64,000 nucleotides of DNA, taken from the human T2T-CHM13v2.0 reference genome, Homo sapiens. Below are positions 63,421 through 64,000 of this stretch, one piece after another (within the stretch, counting starts at the first letter, position 1; each line of letters starts with the position of its first letter). Location of the stretch: assembly GCF_009914755.1 (NCBI RefSeq), contig NC_060927.1; one strand, 5' to 3'. Position numbers and translations under genes: made by a program. The notes under the pieces were generated by a model. It worked only from the letters and a program-made list of their open reading frames with translations, had not been told where the DNA came from and ran no database searches.

Positions 63421-64000
63421 TATTAGGTACATAAAATATGAAAGTACATCAAATATAGATTATATACTGTACATAAAATATCAAAGTACCCCAAATATAT
63501 ATTTTATACTCTACATGAAATATCAAACTTCACAAACCATACATTACATACTTTCCATAAAATATCAAAGTACCCATGGCATACATTCTATACTGTACAA
63601 AAGATATCAAAGTACCCAAATCATGTATTATATACTGTACATAAAATATGAAAGTACATCAAATATATATTTTATTCTGTACATAAAATATCAAAGTACA
63701 CCAGATATATATTGTATAGTGTACATAAAATATCAAAGTACCCAAACTATATATTATATACTGTACATAAAATATGAAATTACATCAAATATGTATTATA
63801 TTAGGTACATAAAATATGAAAGTACATCAAATATAGATTATATACCGTACATAAAATATCAAAGTACCCCAAATATATATTATATACTATACATGAAATA
63901 TCAAATATCACAAACTATATATTATATACTGTACATAAAATATCAAAGTACCCAATGTATATATTCTATAGTGTACAAAAAATATCAAAGTACCCAAAGC

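Larger units (their letters stand above)
1..64000. repeat. Human Satellite 1A (HSat1A/SAR) tandem array, 42-bp monomer, about 1,520 monomers, one orientation
   Basis: Continuous 42-bp periodicity. Each monomer has two GTAC sites giving the classical 17-bp (ACATAAAATAT[C/G]AAAGT) and 25-bp (AC[AT/CC]CAAATATA[G/T]ATT[A/T]TAT[A/T]CTGT) subunits of human satellite 1. Very AT-rich. The array runs off both window ends. Family recognised from memory of the consensus; species (human vs other ape) and chromosome cannot be fixed from this window. Confidence 0.96.
88..64000. repeat. 378-bp 9-monomer nested (higher-order) repeat, roughly 165 units
   Basis: Nine distinguishable monomers recur in fixed order. 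In translation shorthand: MKYQSSQT / IKYQSTQG / KKYQSTQS / IKYESTSNIYF / IKYQSTPD / IKYQSTQTIH / IKYEIT..IR / IKYESTSNID / IKYQSTPN. The ATGAAATATCAAAGTTCAC landmark is at 88, 466, 843, 1221, 1598, 1976, 2354, 2732, 3109 and so on (spacing 378 or 377). Confidence 0.97.

Noticed and set aside
1-64000. CRISPR-like array (regular short repeats with partial palindromes)
   Set aside because: There are no unique spacers, as the intervening sequence is itself repeated, and no cas genes or leader.
1-64000. Alu/L1/other transposon insertion, HSat1B, alpha satellite/CENP-B boxes, or a strand inversion
   Set aside because: I saw no GC-rich or non-42-bp segment, poly(A) tail or orientation switch while reading the window. 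A very short insertion could have been missed by eye.
1-64000. Assignment to a specific chromosome (e.g. 3, 4, 13 or another acrocentric)
   Set aside because: The 378-bp unit is shared among HSat1A arrays and there is no unique flank, so assignment needs alignment to a T2T assembly.
1-64000. AT-rich protist, organelle or bacterial repeat-protein locus
   Set aside because: The match to the satellite 1 17/25-bp subunit structure and 9-mer organisation, plus tolerance of frameshifts, points to primate satellite DNA.

Overview
The whole 64-kb window is one uninterrupted, single-orientation array of an AT-rich (~76-80% AT, estimated) 42-bp tandem satellite. It matches human Satellite 1A (HSat1A / RepeatMasker SAR; monomer ~ACATAAAATATCAAAGTACCCAAACTATATATTATATACTGT, made of 17+25-bp RsaI subunits). 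Monomers are organised as the known 9-mer, 378-bp nested repeat. I see no genes, transposon insertions, inversions or unique sequence. All listed ORFs are by-products of a 42-bp (14-codon) period with one stop-poor frame. Diagnostic SNVs and indels show further nested layers: a 6575-bp 17-unit super-repeat, a near-perfect 3x5064-bp triplication, 2263-, 1511-, 3727-, 3292- and ~5244-bp duplications, 536/373/336/252-bp structural variant units, and a shift from a homogeneous left domain to a more diverged right domain. The most interesting functional hypothesis is an inference: the + strand carries about 5-6 perfect Pumilio response elements (UGUAHAUA) per 378 nt at 42-nt spacing, so any + strand transcript could act as a NORAD-like PUMILIO decoy. 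The - strand instead carries one canonical AAUAAA per unit.
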